DNA of 44,814 nucleotides, taken from assembly GCA_031290495.1 (NCBI GenBank), contig JAITNL010000082.1, positions 1-44,814 on the forward strand. Reading direction: 5' to 3'. Of this stretch, positions 44,768 to 44,814 are shown in pieces (position 1 is the first letter of the stretch; each line of letters starts with the position of its first letter). The notes under the pieces are model-generated. The model saw only the letters and a program-made list of their open reading frames with translations, was not told the origin of the DNA and made no database searches. The position numbers were made by a program, and so were the translations under genes. The stretch is from Accumulibacter sp. (GTDB lineage Bacteria > Pseudomonadota > Gammaproteobacteria > Burkholderiales > Rhodocyclaceae).

Positions 44768-44814
44768 TTTTCCCTCTCCACTTGCGTCAGCTTTCCCTTC
44801 TCCCCTTGCGGGAG
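44768..44814. repeat. Start of a REP-like repeat truncated by the window edge
   Basis: TTTCCCTCTCCACTTGCG followed by TTTCCCTTCTCCCCTTGCGGGAG, the left half of a CCCTTCTCCCC..GGGAGAAGGG-type hairpin. Confidence 0.35.

Overview
GC-rich proteobacterial window; the DUF3567/DUF3460 pair and the PEP-CTERM regulators suggest a betaproteobacterium, which is an inference. In order it holds: (1) REP-like repeats and a TPP-dependent 2-oxoacid/acetoin dehydrogenase E1 alpha/beta pair with no E2/E3; (2) a membrane-anchored LRR protein followed by a cluster of REP/MITE-like repeats; (3) a minus-strand two-gene operon encoding an MFS transporter fused to two sensor-like periplasmic modules (with a C11 tract near its start) and a 526-aa orphan, divergent from (4) a partial Ysc-like type III secretion locus (sctW-sycN-sctX-sctY-sctV-sctS-sctT-sctU); (5) a yfaATSQP/mag alpha-2-macroglobulin operon; (6) a GNAT gene, two small DUF genes and an exosortase A/PEP-CTERM exopolysaccharide locus (priming glycosyltransferase, prsK, prsR, prsT, nucleotide-sugar dehydrogenase and epimerase, Sel1-SLT transglycosylase). 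The yfa operon is split between yfaS and yfaQ by an AT-richer three-gene Menshen-like anti-phage cassette. That cassette is bounded by ~37-bp imperfect inverted repeats, a perfect 36-bp palindrome and an 11-bp direct repeat. The operon is followed by a TPR-repeat gene flanked by a duplicated yfaP 3' end. No rRNA, tRNA, CRISPR array or intact transposase/integrase was seen. The best candidates for something undescribed are the sensor-MFS/orphan operon facing the T3SS and the palindrome-bounded defence cassette inside the macroglobulin operon. All family assignments come from motif recognition by eye; no database search was run.
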